In this document: in pieces, positions 11,959 to 25,379 of the stretch
Numbering within the stretch: position 1 is the first letter of the stretch
Layout of the letters: the number at the start of each line of letters is the position of its first letter
Source of the DNA: Octopus bimaculoides
Lineage: Eukaryota
Length of the DNA: 64,000 nucleotides
Assembly (NCBI RefSeq): GCF_001194135.2
Contig: NC_068995.1
Span: forward strand, 34,772,570 to 34,836,569
Direction of reading: 5' to 3'
The notes under the pieces: generated by a model
Told to the model about the DNA's origin: nothing
The model's database searches: none
Seen by the model: only the letters and a program-made list of their open reading frames with translations
Position numbers and translations under genes: made by a program

Positions 11959-13275
11959 GTATGTGTGTAAACAACAACCACGACCACTCCTCAGTACTAG
12001 CACGATTTATTACCTATTAAACTCCACAATCAAGAGCCCCCCCCCCAGTTAGGCTGTCCACCTCTTCATTTCATCAGAATACCACAAGTGACCTATCATC
12101 ATCATTGTCATTATGCTCTACAGCTACTACATTTACTACAACTAAACAATAACAACAACAAGATCAGCATCAGAAGTCACTCTTCAGTACTGGAACAATC
12201 GATGACCGATTAAACTCCCCAATCAAAGGCCCTTCACAGTCTAGCTATCCACATCCTCATTTCCTCTGAAAACCATTACTGGCCCCTCATCATCATTGCC
12301 ATCATGTTCTACTGCTACTACCCTTACCACACCTAAACTATAGCAATGATAACAAGATCAGCATTGGAAGTCACTCTTCAATACTCGAACAATTGATGAT
12401 TCATTAAACAATACGATTCCTAGCTCTTCTCCACAATCAGGCCACTCAGATTCTTCTCAGAATAACACATGTGATCCAACATCACCATTGTCATCTTGTT
12501 CTACTTCTACTACCATTACCACTACTGCTACTCCAATTGGTGAAGACACCCCACTGTCCACCTCAGTCTGAATGTTTACTCGGCAGCTCCTTGATAAATC
12601 TGCCAACTGTAAACAAAATAAAATAATGAACACACGAAACCTTCAGAATATGCCACTATTCTGAACGCAAGATTCTATGCATACGCAGTGGTTGTAACAT
12701 CACCCATTTACCTGGGACAAGACAAAGTTTGTGAAAGCAATACCAGCCAACGCCAGACATCTTACGGCATCATTACACTAAACGCTAAATCACACTTAAT
12801 AACTTCTACACATGTAACCCAGAATCCCCATGGTCACTGATGCATTGAACTATTTTCACCAAATCGCTATGGACCAGCCTTTGTGATGAAAATGCTATCA
12901 TGTTGTAAGCCCGTGTCTGTTGCACCAAGTAAGAGAATTTCAGCAAACTTCGCTGTTTGAAGACCTGACTCCGTATCACAATGACGCAACACCGTCGGAC
13001 ACACTGTGCTGTAATGCATATACATAAAAACTTGTGCAATGAAAACACTTTCGACCTCCTCTTGGAAAACGTCATTGCCAGAATGAGTGAGTATAGAAAA
13101 ATCTATGTAATGATTTGAATCATTACTTTTCCATATATATAATAATAATAAATATTATCATACCTGTGTTTGTTTTCATATTAAGATTGAAAAAATCAAA
13201 AAAACAGCCTTGTTTGTAAAAGAAATTGGACCTGGGTTTGCACTCCCGAAACAAATTTCGTTCCCGGGACACTAA
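11565..13275 (+). mobile_element. Degraded hAT-family DNA transposon inserted into SINE A
   Basis: About 12920-13110 encodes FSKLRCLKT*LRITMTQHRRTHCAVMHIHKNLCNENTFDLLLENVIARMSEYRKIY, a hAT C-terminal dimerisation domain. The left end CAAAGGCGCAGAACAGGGGGTG is hAT-TIR-like. Boundaries are inferred from the split SINE. Confidence 0.6.
11985..12540. repeat. Divergent tandem repeat, about 193-bp unit, about 2.8 copies
   Basis: Anchor cactc(c/t)tca(g/a)tact at 11985, 12178 and 12372; aacaagatcagcat..gaagt recurs. Confidence 0.85.
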
Positions 13276-13279
13276 AAAT

Positions 13280-13338
13280 GATAGAAGGAAACTGAAAAAA
13301 CCCGTCGTAAACATATATGTACACACACACACACACAT

Positions 13339-13424
<86 letters not shown>

Positions 13425-13635
13425 CTGTGTTTGTCCTTCATCAATGCTTGACAACCGGCATTGGTATGTTTACGTTCCCGTAACTTAGAAGTTCGGCACG
13501 AGAGACCAAAATAATAAGCACCAGGCTTTAAAAAATGTACTGGGGTAGATTCATTAGGCTAAAAATTATTTAAGGTGGTTCCCCAGCGGAGCCACAATCT
13601 ACTGATTGAAACAAGTAGAAGATAAAAGATAAGAT
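13280..13635 (+). mobile_element. SINE family A, 3' half
   Basis: ggaaactgaaaaaacccgtcgta + (TA/CA/TG)n + gcttgacaaccggcattggtatgtttacgttcccgtaacttag...tgaaacaagtagaagataaaagataagat. Confidence 0.85.
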
Positions 13636-13884
13636 GTGTACTCTCTGGTACCGAATAATCGTACGAAATATATCAGAAAGCAATATAAGAAACTTGTAAA
13701 TTGACTAAATTTGCATTTCACGTCTAAATGTGTCCGACTATGAGGAAAGTCTCAGGACTGTTCTCTGAATAGGCAAGTTTTTGATCTCTGCTGCACAGGA
13801 CAGTAAAAATATCAGCACTTCAAGAGAAAAAAAAAGAGGTTACAACGTGTCTGTTGGCTTAACACAGCTGGAAGACAAGCAGTA

Positions 13885-14250
13885 AAATATTCCCTTTCGC
13901 TTTCTTTCTCTTTATTGACCACTTATATTTTTGTTTTGCCCCTCTTTTTGACGCTCCCTCTTCGAAAATAATAAAATACAAAGACAATAACACTACTGCT
14001 CCTAATCTTATGACTAAAAGTAAACAGTAAAAAAATTGCTCTGCTTTGCCTTTCTTGATGTTGGCCACTCACCCGTTTATTTTGTCCCTCTCTTTGACGC
14101 TCCATTCTCGAAGAGAATAATAGAATACGATGAGACCAATACCATTGCACTTACTGACTGGATGAAAGCAAGAAGAAAAATTCGCCTTTCTCTCTGTTGA
14201 ACACTCACTCGTTTGTTTTGTCTCTCTTGTTGACACTTTCTCCAAAAGAA
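13885..14250. repeat. Divergent tandem repeat, about 140-bp unit, about 2.5 copies
   Basis: Anchor ttttgtc/cc..ct.tttgac(g/a)ct at 13950, 14096 and 14232. Confidence 0.65.
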
Positions 14251-15195
14251 CATGAAAGTAATTAATTCACAGCTTTTCCTTCTTTTCTAGCAAAGCAGAC
14301 GGGAGCTTTCACTACTTACACTTGTTAAATAATGTCGATTGTTTGCAACGTATACTTAGAAATGAAGGAACGCAAAATAAAAGTAAATATGACTACAATG
14401 AATCTAGTGAAAATTATCAATAACCAATTACACAAAAATTATTTATCGTGGTAAAATAGTAAGGCATGCAGTGAATGCATTGAATACATAGACCCTTCGT
14501 TATTAATCATATCAGTGATATGGTTAACCATATCAGCATTGACTTGATTGAAATGTAAAATTTCTTGGAAATTCTAACTATAGAATGCAATGAAAACAGG
14601 AATGTTGTTTATAACATACCAAAATATAGTCAAACAATTATTCCTTTAGGTGCAGTCAAAGTACAGAATATCTGACGTGCCCACCAATCCGTGACGTCTA
14701 AGCCGCACACCAATCAACTAAACTATCCCATTGAAAAAAAAAAGCGAGATGAATGCTAACCTATTTGGTGCATTCACTAAACCGTGACGTTTAAACTTCA
14801 TAGTGATTAGTACAAATACATGTAAAACTTAGTTGGCGCACTCACTAAACCGTGATATCTATGGGACATAGGGACTGGTCAAAATACAGTTCGTAAGATT
14901 CAACCTGCTGGAACCCATCGGAGGGTATTTAAAGGACAAATCTAACCATTTCGCTACGGTTGTCAATAATGGAACATGACTGTCACTACATAAACCTGAT
15001 AACTGCGTAACACATGAAAGTAGTAGTTCATTTCGGTATTGTAAAATTGAAAAAAGAATAAAACGTGAAAATCAGTTGGAATTTCATTGATTAATATATT
15101 TTTCTATACACAATCATATAAAATTGGATATATATATATGCACATTTGATTAATAGTTGCAATATATTTGTATGTTAAATCACTCACTGTGCATG

Positions 15196-15228
<33 letters not shown>

Positions 15229-15365
15229 NNNNNNNNNNNNNNNNNNNNNNNNNNNNNNNNNNNNNNNNNNNNNNNNNNNNNNNNNNNNNNNNNNNNNNNN
15301 NNNNNNNNNNNNNNNNNNNNNNNNNNNNNNNNNNNNNNNNNNNNNNNNNNNNNTATATATATATA

Positions 15366-17530
15366 CGAAATTTATAGAAAAACAAAAGACGAAGACAGCT
15401 GTATGAACAACAAGCAGGTTTATTAGTCTCTAGCCTACGCTCTTCAACAGAAAGGAATAAGAAAAAAAAAAAAAAAAACGGAATGAAAAAACCTGTAGAT
15501 TTAGAGGTCAAGCCTGGGGACTGATTAGAAAAGGAGCTTGAAAGAAGAGGTTGGAAGAAAGGGAGATAATAAAATGACGGTGATCCCCACTTGAAGGTGC
15601 GCGTGCGTATGAGTATGTGAGAATGGTGTGTATGAATGTGCAAGTGTGTGTGTGTGAATAGGGGTTAGTGACTTTGTCAGATCTTTGACAAGTCTGGGTG
15701 TGTGCGTGTGCGCATGTGTGTGTTTGTGTGTAAGTGTGCATCTGTTACGTGTGACTACGCGTAGAGTGGTGTGTGTGGTGACGTTATTAAAAATTGTATG
15801 TGGGTGATGGTGTGTGCTGTGGGTGCTGGTAAGAGGTCAGAGTTAGTATGCGTGTAGACGTGTGGTGGATTGGTGGTGTGGGGTGAGAGTGTGGATTTGT
15901 GTACTAGTGGTTGTGGGTGGTGCTGGGGTGTGGGGTTAGGAGTAGGTTTGTAACAAAGAAGAGAGGAGGTGGGTAAGGGTGAAGTGACTTTGACAAATCT
16001 TTGACGAGACTGGGTGTGAGTGAATGCGTGTGTGTGCGTGTGTGTGTCTGTAAGTGTGTGCATCTGTAACGTGTGGCTGCTCATATAGTGGTATGTGTGA
16101 TGACGCTGTTGAAGATTGTGTGTGGGTGTGATGTGTGGATGATGGCGTGTGGTGTGTGTGCTGGGAAGTGTTCGTATTAGTGTGAAGTGGTGTCGATGGT
16201 GTGCTGGTATGGGTGGATAGGTGTGATTTTGGAGTGTGGCGATGGGTGGGTGTGTGAGGTTAGGGATGGGGGTTTGAATGAAGAGAGGAGGTGGATAGGA
16301 GTAGATGTCAGACGAAGAAAGGAAGCAGGTGTCAGAGGAAGAGAGGAGGGGAGTTGAGCCCATGTGGCTCAAAGGAGTGAAGAGAGAAGACAAAATCCTT
16401 TTCACGGCGAATGCGAGTGTCCGGATGGCTCCTGTGCAAAGACAATCCGAACACCGACAGATGTAGTGAATGACTGGTAGAGAGGAAATGACGTGAGACC
16501 GTGGTGTCGTTGCCGAGTGTAATGTCTCGGAGGAGCTCCGCGAACCGGTCAGCTAAGAGGCGTCTCGTTTGACCGATATACAAGGAAGAGCAGAAAGAGC
16601 AGGAGATGCAGTAAATGACGTTACTGATGCGATAGGGACGATGATAGGTACCTGTGATCATGATGGTGTTGGACAGGTAGGGTCAAGTACAGGAGCGAGG
16701 GCAGGAGGAGGGGAACGAGACAAGCTGGGAAGTGGGGTTTGGTAAGAAACTGTGGACCAGGAGGTGACGCAGGTTGTGGGCTCGTTTGAAGGAGAGAAGT
16801 GGTAGGTTGGAGAAGATGTGCGAGGAGGAGGGGTAGGACTGTAGTTGCCGGAAGGCTCGGAGAATGGTGCGTTGGAGGAGTGATAGGTGAGTGGAAACGG
16901 GAAACGAGCAACGACGGAGCGGGTGCGGCGAGAAAGAGCAGAGCACGTTGCACGGTGCGTACTCTGGCAAGGGCGGTGTGGATAGTGGTGAGGGGATATT
17001 CACAAAGTGGTGAGACATGAGACTGAATCTCAAAGGTTATGGTTGTCACTGCAGGGCCTGCGCAGACTGAAGAATTGGAAGTAGGGGATGGAGACCTTGA
17101 TATGGGTAGGGTGGGAGAAGGAGAAGTTATGGAAGGAGTGTATTCGGTATGTTTGTAGTGGATGAAGGTAGTGAGAACGGAGTGGTGATTACTAACAGAC
17201 ATGCCAAGAAATGCGACGGAAGTGTTAGAAATACTGCAGGGAATTTCAAGGGCAGGATGGAAGGATTGGACAAAACAGAAGAATGAGTTTAGTTGTTCGC
17301 GGGAGAGTGAGGTCGCACCGATGTAGTCATCATTGTTAGGCCTCAACGTAGCCAACGAACAGGTTAGCACAGTTGGAGCCCATTCTCGTTCCCATGGCCA
17401 CTCCCGATACGTTGGTAAAATCTCCCGCGGACGAGAAGCAGTTGAGGGAGAGAACAAGTTCGGCCAGACGAAGAATTGTGGAAGTGTCAGGTTGGGGGTT
17501 GCGCCGATTGTCCACCAAGTGTTTCAATGC
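15366..17530 (-). mobile_element. Penelope-like retroelement relic: RT, GIY-YIG and 3' repeat/pseudo-LTR region
   Basis: RT motifs SGVAMGTRMGSNCANLFVGYVE and DDYIG...LNSF...FHPALE...SVAFL; GIY-YIG SNVIYCISCSFCSSLYIGQTRRLLADRFAE...REKDFVFSLHSFEPHGLN (16332-16661). Frameshifted. Confidence 0.95.
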
Positions 17531-17561
17531 ATATGTATATTTGCACACACATACACACACA

Positions 17562-17656
<95 letters not shown>

Positions 17657-18601
17657 NNNNNNNNNNNNNNNNNNNNNNNNNNNNNNNNNNNNNNNNNNNN
17701 NNNNNNNNNNNNNNNNNNNNNNNNNNNNNNNNNNNNNNNNNNNNNNNNNNNNNNNNNNNNNNNNNNNNNNNNNNNNNNNNNNNNNNNNNNNNNNNNNNNN
17801 NNNNNNNNNNNNNNNNNNNNNNNNNNNNNNNNNNNNNNNNNNNNNNNNNNNNNNNNNNNNNNNNNNNNNNNNNNNNNNNNNNNNNNNNNNNNNNNNNNNN
17901 NNNNNNNNNNNNNNNNNNNNNNNNNNNNNNNNNNNNNNNNNNNNNNNNNNNNNNNNNNNNNNNNNNNNNNNNNNNNNNNNNNNNNNNNNNNNNNNNNNNN
18001 NNNNNNNNNNNNNNNNNNNNNNNNNNNNNNNNNNNNNNNNNNNNNNNNNNNNNNNNNNNNNNNNNNNNNNNNNNNNNNNNNNNNNNNNNNNNNNNNNNNN
18101 NNNNNNNNNNNNNNNNNNNNNNNNNNNNNNNNNNNNNNNNNNNNNNNNNNNNNNNNNNNNNNNNNNNNNNNNNNNNNNNNNNNNNNNNNNNNNNNNNNNN
18201 NNNNNNNNNNNNNNNNNNNNNNNNNNNNNNNNNNNNNNNNNNNNNNNNNNNNNNNNNNNNNNNNNNNNNNNNNNNNNNNNNNNNNNNNNNNNNNNNNNNN
18301 NNNNNNNNNNNNNNNNNNNNNNNNNNNNNNNNNNNNNNNNNNNNNNNNNNNNNNNNNNNNNNNNNNNNNNNNNNNNNNNNNNNNNNNNNNNNNNNNNNNN
18401 NNNNNNNNNNNNNNNNNNNNNNNNNNNNNNNNNNNNNNNNNNNNNNNNNNNNNNNNNNNNNNNNNNNNNNNNNNNNNNNNNNNNNNNNNNNNNNNNNNNN
18501 NNNNNNNNNNNNNNNNNNNNNNNNNNNNNNNNNNNNNNNNNNNNNNNNNNNNNNNNNNNNNNNNNNNNNNNNNNNNNNNNNNNNNNNNNNNNNNNNNNNN
18601 N

Positions 18602-18649
<48 letters not shown>

Positions 18650-19618
18650 ACATCCACTTATACTCCAATTTATGTTCCTATGTCAACATACAATGCGTAC
18701 TCACTCAAATTTCTCTATGCAGAAGACTTGTTTGTCTATTAAAGGATTTAAACTAAACAATTAATTTTATATAATAAATTAAAAGGATAATCAAACGTTA
18801 AATTTGTCTATCTACTTTTGTCTCATTCATTTTCCCTTCCATTTAGTTTTTTTTCTTTTACCTGTACTTATTTTTTTGATTGTAGTTTTCCTTTTCATTG
18901 TGGTTTTTGTGCCGTTGTCTACTATCATTGTACATTCATGCTAAAATATTTTTTAAGGCGGTAATAATCTCATAAATGTCATTTGTTAATAGGATACGTT
19001 TAGTCACTAAATAAACAGTATTATGTATATATTTGTTGATTCTATGCGTAGTATGGGACCACAGCTTAAACACGTCTTACTATAGAGTACTGTTTATCTA
19101 TATTGAAAACTGGGGCCTACATACGAAAAAAGACTTTAAAATAATATAAGTATTGTGGCCCATTATCAAGTTGGTTTGCAACAGTTTTTGTTTGTTTTTG
19201 TTTTCCGTTTGTTAATCAAACTTTATCAATTCAATATTATATACATTTCCACCACGATAGAATTATTTGTCATCTCTGATTATAGAACTCCTCCTACGAT
19301 GATACTTATTCCTATACACCGAGAACATAATATCACTCCATATTAAATATGTTGGATTCCTAAATTTTACTTAGCGATCCGACATCTGCAAATATCCTTG
19401 CTTAAAAGAAAACTGAAAACTTTGTTTACTCAAGCAATTATAAAGCTGAAATCATTTGAGACTCATTTCGTTTTCGGTTTATTGATTTTTCAAATAAATA
19501 AACATAACAATTTCAACATTGTTTGTGATGACCTGTGTAAATAATATCTTAAAAAGTAGCTGCAGACACTTGAGCTACACAAGAACAAACACTTCCATCC
19601 CTCATACACATACATACA

Positions 19619-19685
<67 letters not shown>

Positions 19686-21346
19686 TGACTCACACACACA
19701 CACACATACATATATTCCATTCAAATAAACGAACAATAAAATTAACAATAACAAACAACAAGAGGACGTGCACAAGGAACGTATTAGTTTCACGCTCAGT
19801 AAAGAGAGTTTTTAACATTTCGAGCATACTTTTTCGTCAGAAAGGAGAAAGAGAAAAATGCAAAGAAGGAAAAGAAATCGCCAACAGCACTCGGGTAGTT
19901 ACATACATACAAACAGACACATATATTTCGCTTAGGCATAGCGATACTAATAACTAAGTGTTAAATCTCATTATACATATGCTTCATAGTAAACCGTTAG
20001 ATAAATGCTTGTGTGTCAGCTTGGGGCTTTAAAAATGACTGGCACATGCAACCTTAGAGTCGGACATAAATATTGTTATCTATAATAATCAGCCAAACGA
20101 ACTGATCATTATTACCAACAAGGTTACTAGAAATAACAGCCACTTATCACCTACCCTATCGCAAAAAGGAAAAGTATCCAGAATCTCCCCATACTGAACA
20201 TATAATGAACGACCAAGAAATTCTATGAAAGTCGTCCCTTGTGCAAACACTACAAATACTTTTAGTAAAATCAACGGCAACGGCCATGACAGATACCGGC
20301 ATGGCATCGGCTCACAAACGCCAAGTGAATAAAATATTTTGAGAACGGTCTATCGCCTTTTAAGCCAGTTTAGCAGAAAACCCGGCGTAACCAAATTCGA
20401 ATAAAAACTGGGTATACTCAGGAAATGACGAGGAGGAAAGTTACCTATAATGGAAAATAGCAGGAGTTTCAGTTGCTGACCGCAAAGCAGTAAAGACCCT
20501 ATTCATTATGCTGAGAGAGGCCTATTGTATAATGTTACCCTGTTTTTATATAACTTCAGTTTATTTTATTTTGTTTGTGGTGCCATGTGGATAATAATCT
20601 TGCCAGGGGAATTTTTGAGCCGATTTCAAAACAAAGAATTTTTTTCCCTTACAACATCGCTTGAAATAGTGTTTTGTTTCTTTTTAAACTTCTTTGTACA
20701 CAGAGAATCTCCGAGAAATTTCAAAGTTCTAAACATTAGTGTTTATGCCAAAAAAATTTTAAAGGTGTTTTTTAATGAGGTTTATTATCTTTTTTCTTGT
20801 CTTGTCAAAACATCTGTATAAGATCTCGTCTCTTAAACAACGAAAGGAAACGCCTCAGTAACACAAAACAAAGAAAAAAAAAGTTGTCTGAACAACGGAA
20901 CACTTGCCATAAAATAATGAAAACCTATTTCAGTCTCTCGTCCTACGTAAATGATATTCCGGAGGCTCTTTTGAGTGTACTAAATTCCATTATAAACAGT
21001 GGGTTTTATGTGGGTGGATCTAGTAACATTTTTTCTGATGTTATGAAAAATACTTTGTTTTAGTTATTACGTGATTGTTTATGATTTTACAATTAGCATA
21101 TGTCATTATTTTATATTACTTTCTAATACATTTTCTTCATGCAGAATCCCGACCAACTCGCTCGTTTTCCTGTATTGTTCATCTTCTTAAGTTTTCGCAA
21201 TAGCCACTCAATTTAGTGTTTCGTGATTGTGTATCTATGAGTTACTTGATTGTAGTTGCTCTCAGCAATTAACAACGAAATTCTTAGTATGAGTAAGTAC
21301 TGGGTCGATAGTGTTCTAATACCGATAGTGTTCCCCGGTTCCTCTT

Positions 21347-22090
21347 TCAGCACCCTTTCTGTTCAATAGATAGCAGCTCACTTTTTACTAAGTATCTATA
21401 CAGTCCATCGGCCAAAGCACCTGACAATAGTTTCCACATTAGCAGAAGACATGTTATTGGTCGAAAGTTGGATGCAACATTACCCTTTTTAGGATCCTTG
21501 GCACAGAACAATGTCTTTCTTTTAGTTATCAGCTGGGTACTGCGCCTTCCTGCAAGCACTTATCTAGCTGTTGTGTTATCCTTTCATAGAGTCCCCTCAT
21601 CTTCTTCATCCAATAACATTATACCCCATCTGGTCCTCAGCTCTTCCGGTTTGGGAATTTCATTAATTGCTTTTATTTTTATCATATATGCAGTTATTTG
21701 TATGTTGGCTTGTTTGCTCTGGTGGATCCTTTCAGAGCGGATAGCAGCCTGCTGTCAGAGGTCTTGCGGGGTCTTTTTCCGCATATTATAAACCTTGATT
21801 CTTGGTTGTTAATTATCGTGGGAGACATTCAACATCCAAGTACCAATCTCCAAATCCTAACTGTCCCGAAGAGAGCAGATTTTTGGGCTTACTCTGTTCT
21901 CATGTCAATTCCGATTTCTTTGACATATTTCTCGAACTTGGTTGTTAGTGCTCCGAGTGATATTACAACTACTGAAATGATAGACATTCTACTAATAGTC
22001 CACATTCTTGCAATTTCATTTTTTAGTAGTCTGTAGTTTTCAATCTTCTTTTCTAGTTCTGGTGAAGTCTGCAACATGCCACCTGCTTCA
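21347..22090 (-). mobile_element. R4/Dong/NeSL-type (restriction-like endonuclease) non-LTR retrotransposon fragments
   Basis: KDPKKGNVASNFRPITCLLLMWKLLSG...EQKGC (RT) and EKKIENYRLLKNEIARMW...VVISLGALT...QKSALLGTVRILR (ORF C-terminus). Confidence 0.85.
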
Positions 22091-22535
22091 GTTCATCTCT
22101 CTTCATCTGTCATTTCTTCTTCATCTGTTGTTTCTTCCTCAGCTATACTCTTTTCTTCCTCTTCATCTGGTTTTTCATCAAAAAATAATCCTAATTCTTC
22201 TATGTCTAATTCTCTTACAACCACCTCTCTCAATTTCTTCATTTGTCCTTTGTAGTCCATTGTGAATCTGAAAGGAAAGGAGATTTCGCACTTTCATAGC
22301 ATTCAAAACCATCTAATAACAAGAAGAAAAAAAAGAAATGTCAGTCAGTCGACAATAATATATGATTTTATGCTAGAAATAATCAGCCTTTCAGGTATAA
22401 AACTTAATAAGTAAAATAAACAATAATAAAAAGGAAGCAAAGATGTACCTGTCAATAAATAGTACAGTGGTATGGTGGGGTATGCGCAACCCCTGACACA
22501 CATAACACATGTGTACACTCTCATCACTCAGCAAG

Positions 22536-22612
22536 TAACTCAGTGGAGTTGTGCATTAACTCAATGGAGTTGTGCATTAACTCAGTGGAGTTGTGCATTA
22601 ACTCAGTGGAGT
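22536..22612. repeat. 21-bp minisatellite (TAACTCAGTGGAGTTGTGCAT), about 3.6 copies
   Basis: Head-to-tail, near-identical copies with no spacers. Confidence 0.9.
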
Positions 22613-23291
22613 GCACCATGAAATTACATGGATGGATAGCACTATCACTGCTGCCAGATGTTAGATACACATATAGAAACATTACCTGAGGTATAGATAC
22701 CCCACCGCATCACTGGAGGGTTAAACTCTGGAAGTGAATTAACCTATCTAAATATAAGCTTAATAGACACAAACAGACGCAAACAAGCACACACAGACGC
22801 ACTCGCAAACATATACATAATATATGTGTTGGGTGCATTGTGTGTGTTATTTGGGTTGCGTGTCTGTGGGCGCATGAGGGAGTACGTGTGTATATATATA
22901 AGGAAGTACGTTATTGATTTATCATCGATAGCAAAAGATTTCTGGTTCGAAATGTAATCATCGACTCGATATCTGAAGCAATTATCTATTATATTAAAGA
23001 AATCATTTAAGATGAATGAATGTCTGATAATGAACGATAACTGTTGCCAGTAAATACATCATTCTGATTGTGTGTGAGTACGGAGCAAAATGATGAAGCC
23101 AGAATAGTTGGGTTTGTAATGAGAGCCAGGGAGGGGAATGACTATGGTTGATACTTAGTTTTCAAGTACTCAGTATCTCTATTCTAACCTGTATCTCTAT
23201 ATTTTAACAATTCAAGCCGTCTGACTCATGGAGAGGACTTACGCACATATACATTTAGCAACACATATTTATAAGAGCACATATAAATGTT

Positions 23292-23338
<47 letters not shown>

Positions 23339-23452
23339 CATGTATATGTATGTGTATATGTATATGTATATATATATATGTATGTGTGTATATATGTATG
23401 TTTGGATGTATGTATGCATGTATGTATGTATGTATGTATGTATGTATGTTTG

Positions 23453-23517
<65 letters not shown>

Positions 23518-23900
23518 GTATGTGTGTATATATGTGATCTACTTCACGTTTTGCAACATTCCTATGAAATGAGCCCATTAATAATATTATGATGATTCAA
23601 CCTCTATTGTTATTCTTTTTCTGGATCATATATCATAAATTCTTTCGTGCTTGGGTAAGTGTGAAACTACGTTTGAAAGCAATGATGTTTCCAGAGAATA
23701 TAAATATTGTTCAAAATGATTTAAAGGCACAGTGATATAACTTTGGATGCTATACAAAACTGCTTAGAAAATATGTTTATAGTTTCTGTAAGAAGTGCAG
23801 CCCATTGGGGGAAAGAGAGTGATTTGGCTATGACGTGTCTGCAGCAAGGAGTTAGAAAGAAAGATAAGGAAAATGATAGAAGAGAAATATTTGAAAAGAA

Positions 23901-24036
23901 AGGAAGAGAAAATTATGAAATTTGCAATAATTCGATCCCTTGTCTTTTATATTTAAAATATATAAATGGAAGGAAGACATAAAATGAAATTTGCAATAAT
24001 TCGATCCTTTATCTTTTTATATTTAAAATATAAAAA
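23901..24036. repeat. Local tandem duplication of about 69 bp
   Basis: atgaaatttgcaataattcgatcc.t...tatatttaaaata at 23915 and 23984. Confidence 0.85.
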
Positions 24037-24046
24037 TACTAGAATG

Positions 24047-24425
24047 TTGTTGGCACTCCGTCGCTTACGACGTCGAGGGTTCCAGCTGATCCGATCAACG
24101 GAACAGCATGATCGTGAAGTTAACGTGCAAGTGGCTGAGCACTCCACAGACAAGTGTACCCTCAACGTAGTTCTCGGGGATATTCAGCGTGACACAGTGA
24201 CAAGGCTGACCCTTTCAATTACAGGCACAACAGAAACAGGAAGTAAGAGTGAGAAAGTTGTGGTGAAAGAGTACAGCAGGGTCCGCCACCATCCCCTGCC
24301 GGAGCCTCGTGGAGCTTTAGGTATTTTCGCTCAATAAACACTCACAACGCCCGGTCTGGGAATCGAAACCGCGATCCTATGACCGCGAGTCCGCTGCCCT
24401 AACCACTGGGCCATTGCGCCTCCAC
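24047..24425 (-). mobile_element. SINE family B, full length, with a 12-bp target-site duplication
   Basis: TSD AATACTAGAATG at 24035-24046 and 24426-24437. tRNA-like head and (AAC)-like 3' end. Confidence 0.95.
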
Positions 24426-24789
24426 AATACTAGAATGGCATTAGAATAATATAATGATATTGCACACTTAGACACATTAAAAACAACGGACACAAAAGAG
24501 CGCAGATAATAGAATATTTAAGTGATTGAAGAAGCATGGAATGACCATGAGTCGCTGATGAGGTTTTATTAGTTCAAAACATGTGCATAGCCTAGCGAAC
24601 CTTCAAAACAAAGTTTGGAATTTTATCGAGATTTTCTCTTCTGAAAGATGTATTCCACCATCACCTTGTCTGTGATTTATGTACACCTGTCAAAGTGATG
24701 CAGCTCTTAAAAGCCTGGCTTTGAATCATGCCGAAATTTTCTCCACTCTTGCCTAAAATTCCCTTTATCAGCTCTCAAACACACTAGTG

Positions 24790-24960
24790 CCTTCCCGACA
24801 ACCTCAACCCCAAAAATGCTTAGTCCATGCTGTGCCCCTGCAATAGGCTTGGCCTCGAATTCTTCCATGCCTCAATAACTACATACTATTCTCACAATGC
24901 CCCTTCATTCTCTTGGTCTCCCACTCAACATCAACTTAAAATGTAAACATTCAATTGACT
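24790..24960 (+). mobile_element. Possible CR1/L2-type RT C-terminal fragment
   Basis: LNPQKC... and LGLPLNINLKCKHSI resemble FNPxKC and LG....L.W..HI. Very degraded. Confidence 0.3.
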
Positions 24961-25379
24961 GTCTACACTTTTTCTTCCGCTGTTTCATGGTGCCAAAATA
25001 CTAACACTATCCACTAATTCTTCATCCTTTGTCAAAGCTGAATTTCTTCAGTGCTATGGTCTTTAACTTAACTGTACCACTCACTATCTTAACCAGCAGT
25101 TTGTTGATGCATCCTGCATGCCCATTTTACCACCATACTGTGACCTAGAATTGTATACTGCAATACATCTCTTAAATGTCTTTCAACATGTCTAGCAAAA
25201 TAATTTCAATCTAGAAATCCAACAGTCACTCATACCGTCCTTCTAGAAGCTTGACTAGATATATATCTAATGCCATTCCATGTGGAAAGATGTTTGGTGT
25301 TGTTGAGGAGTCCTTTAATAAAGTGGCTATACACCATTCATAGGCGTAAAAACAAAAAGGACAACAAAATATAGAACTT

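Noticed and set aside
22536-22612. 21-bp direct repeats as a CRISPR array
   Set aside because: The copies are contiguous with no spacers, there are no cas genes, and the context is eukaryotic.
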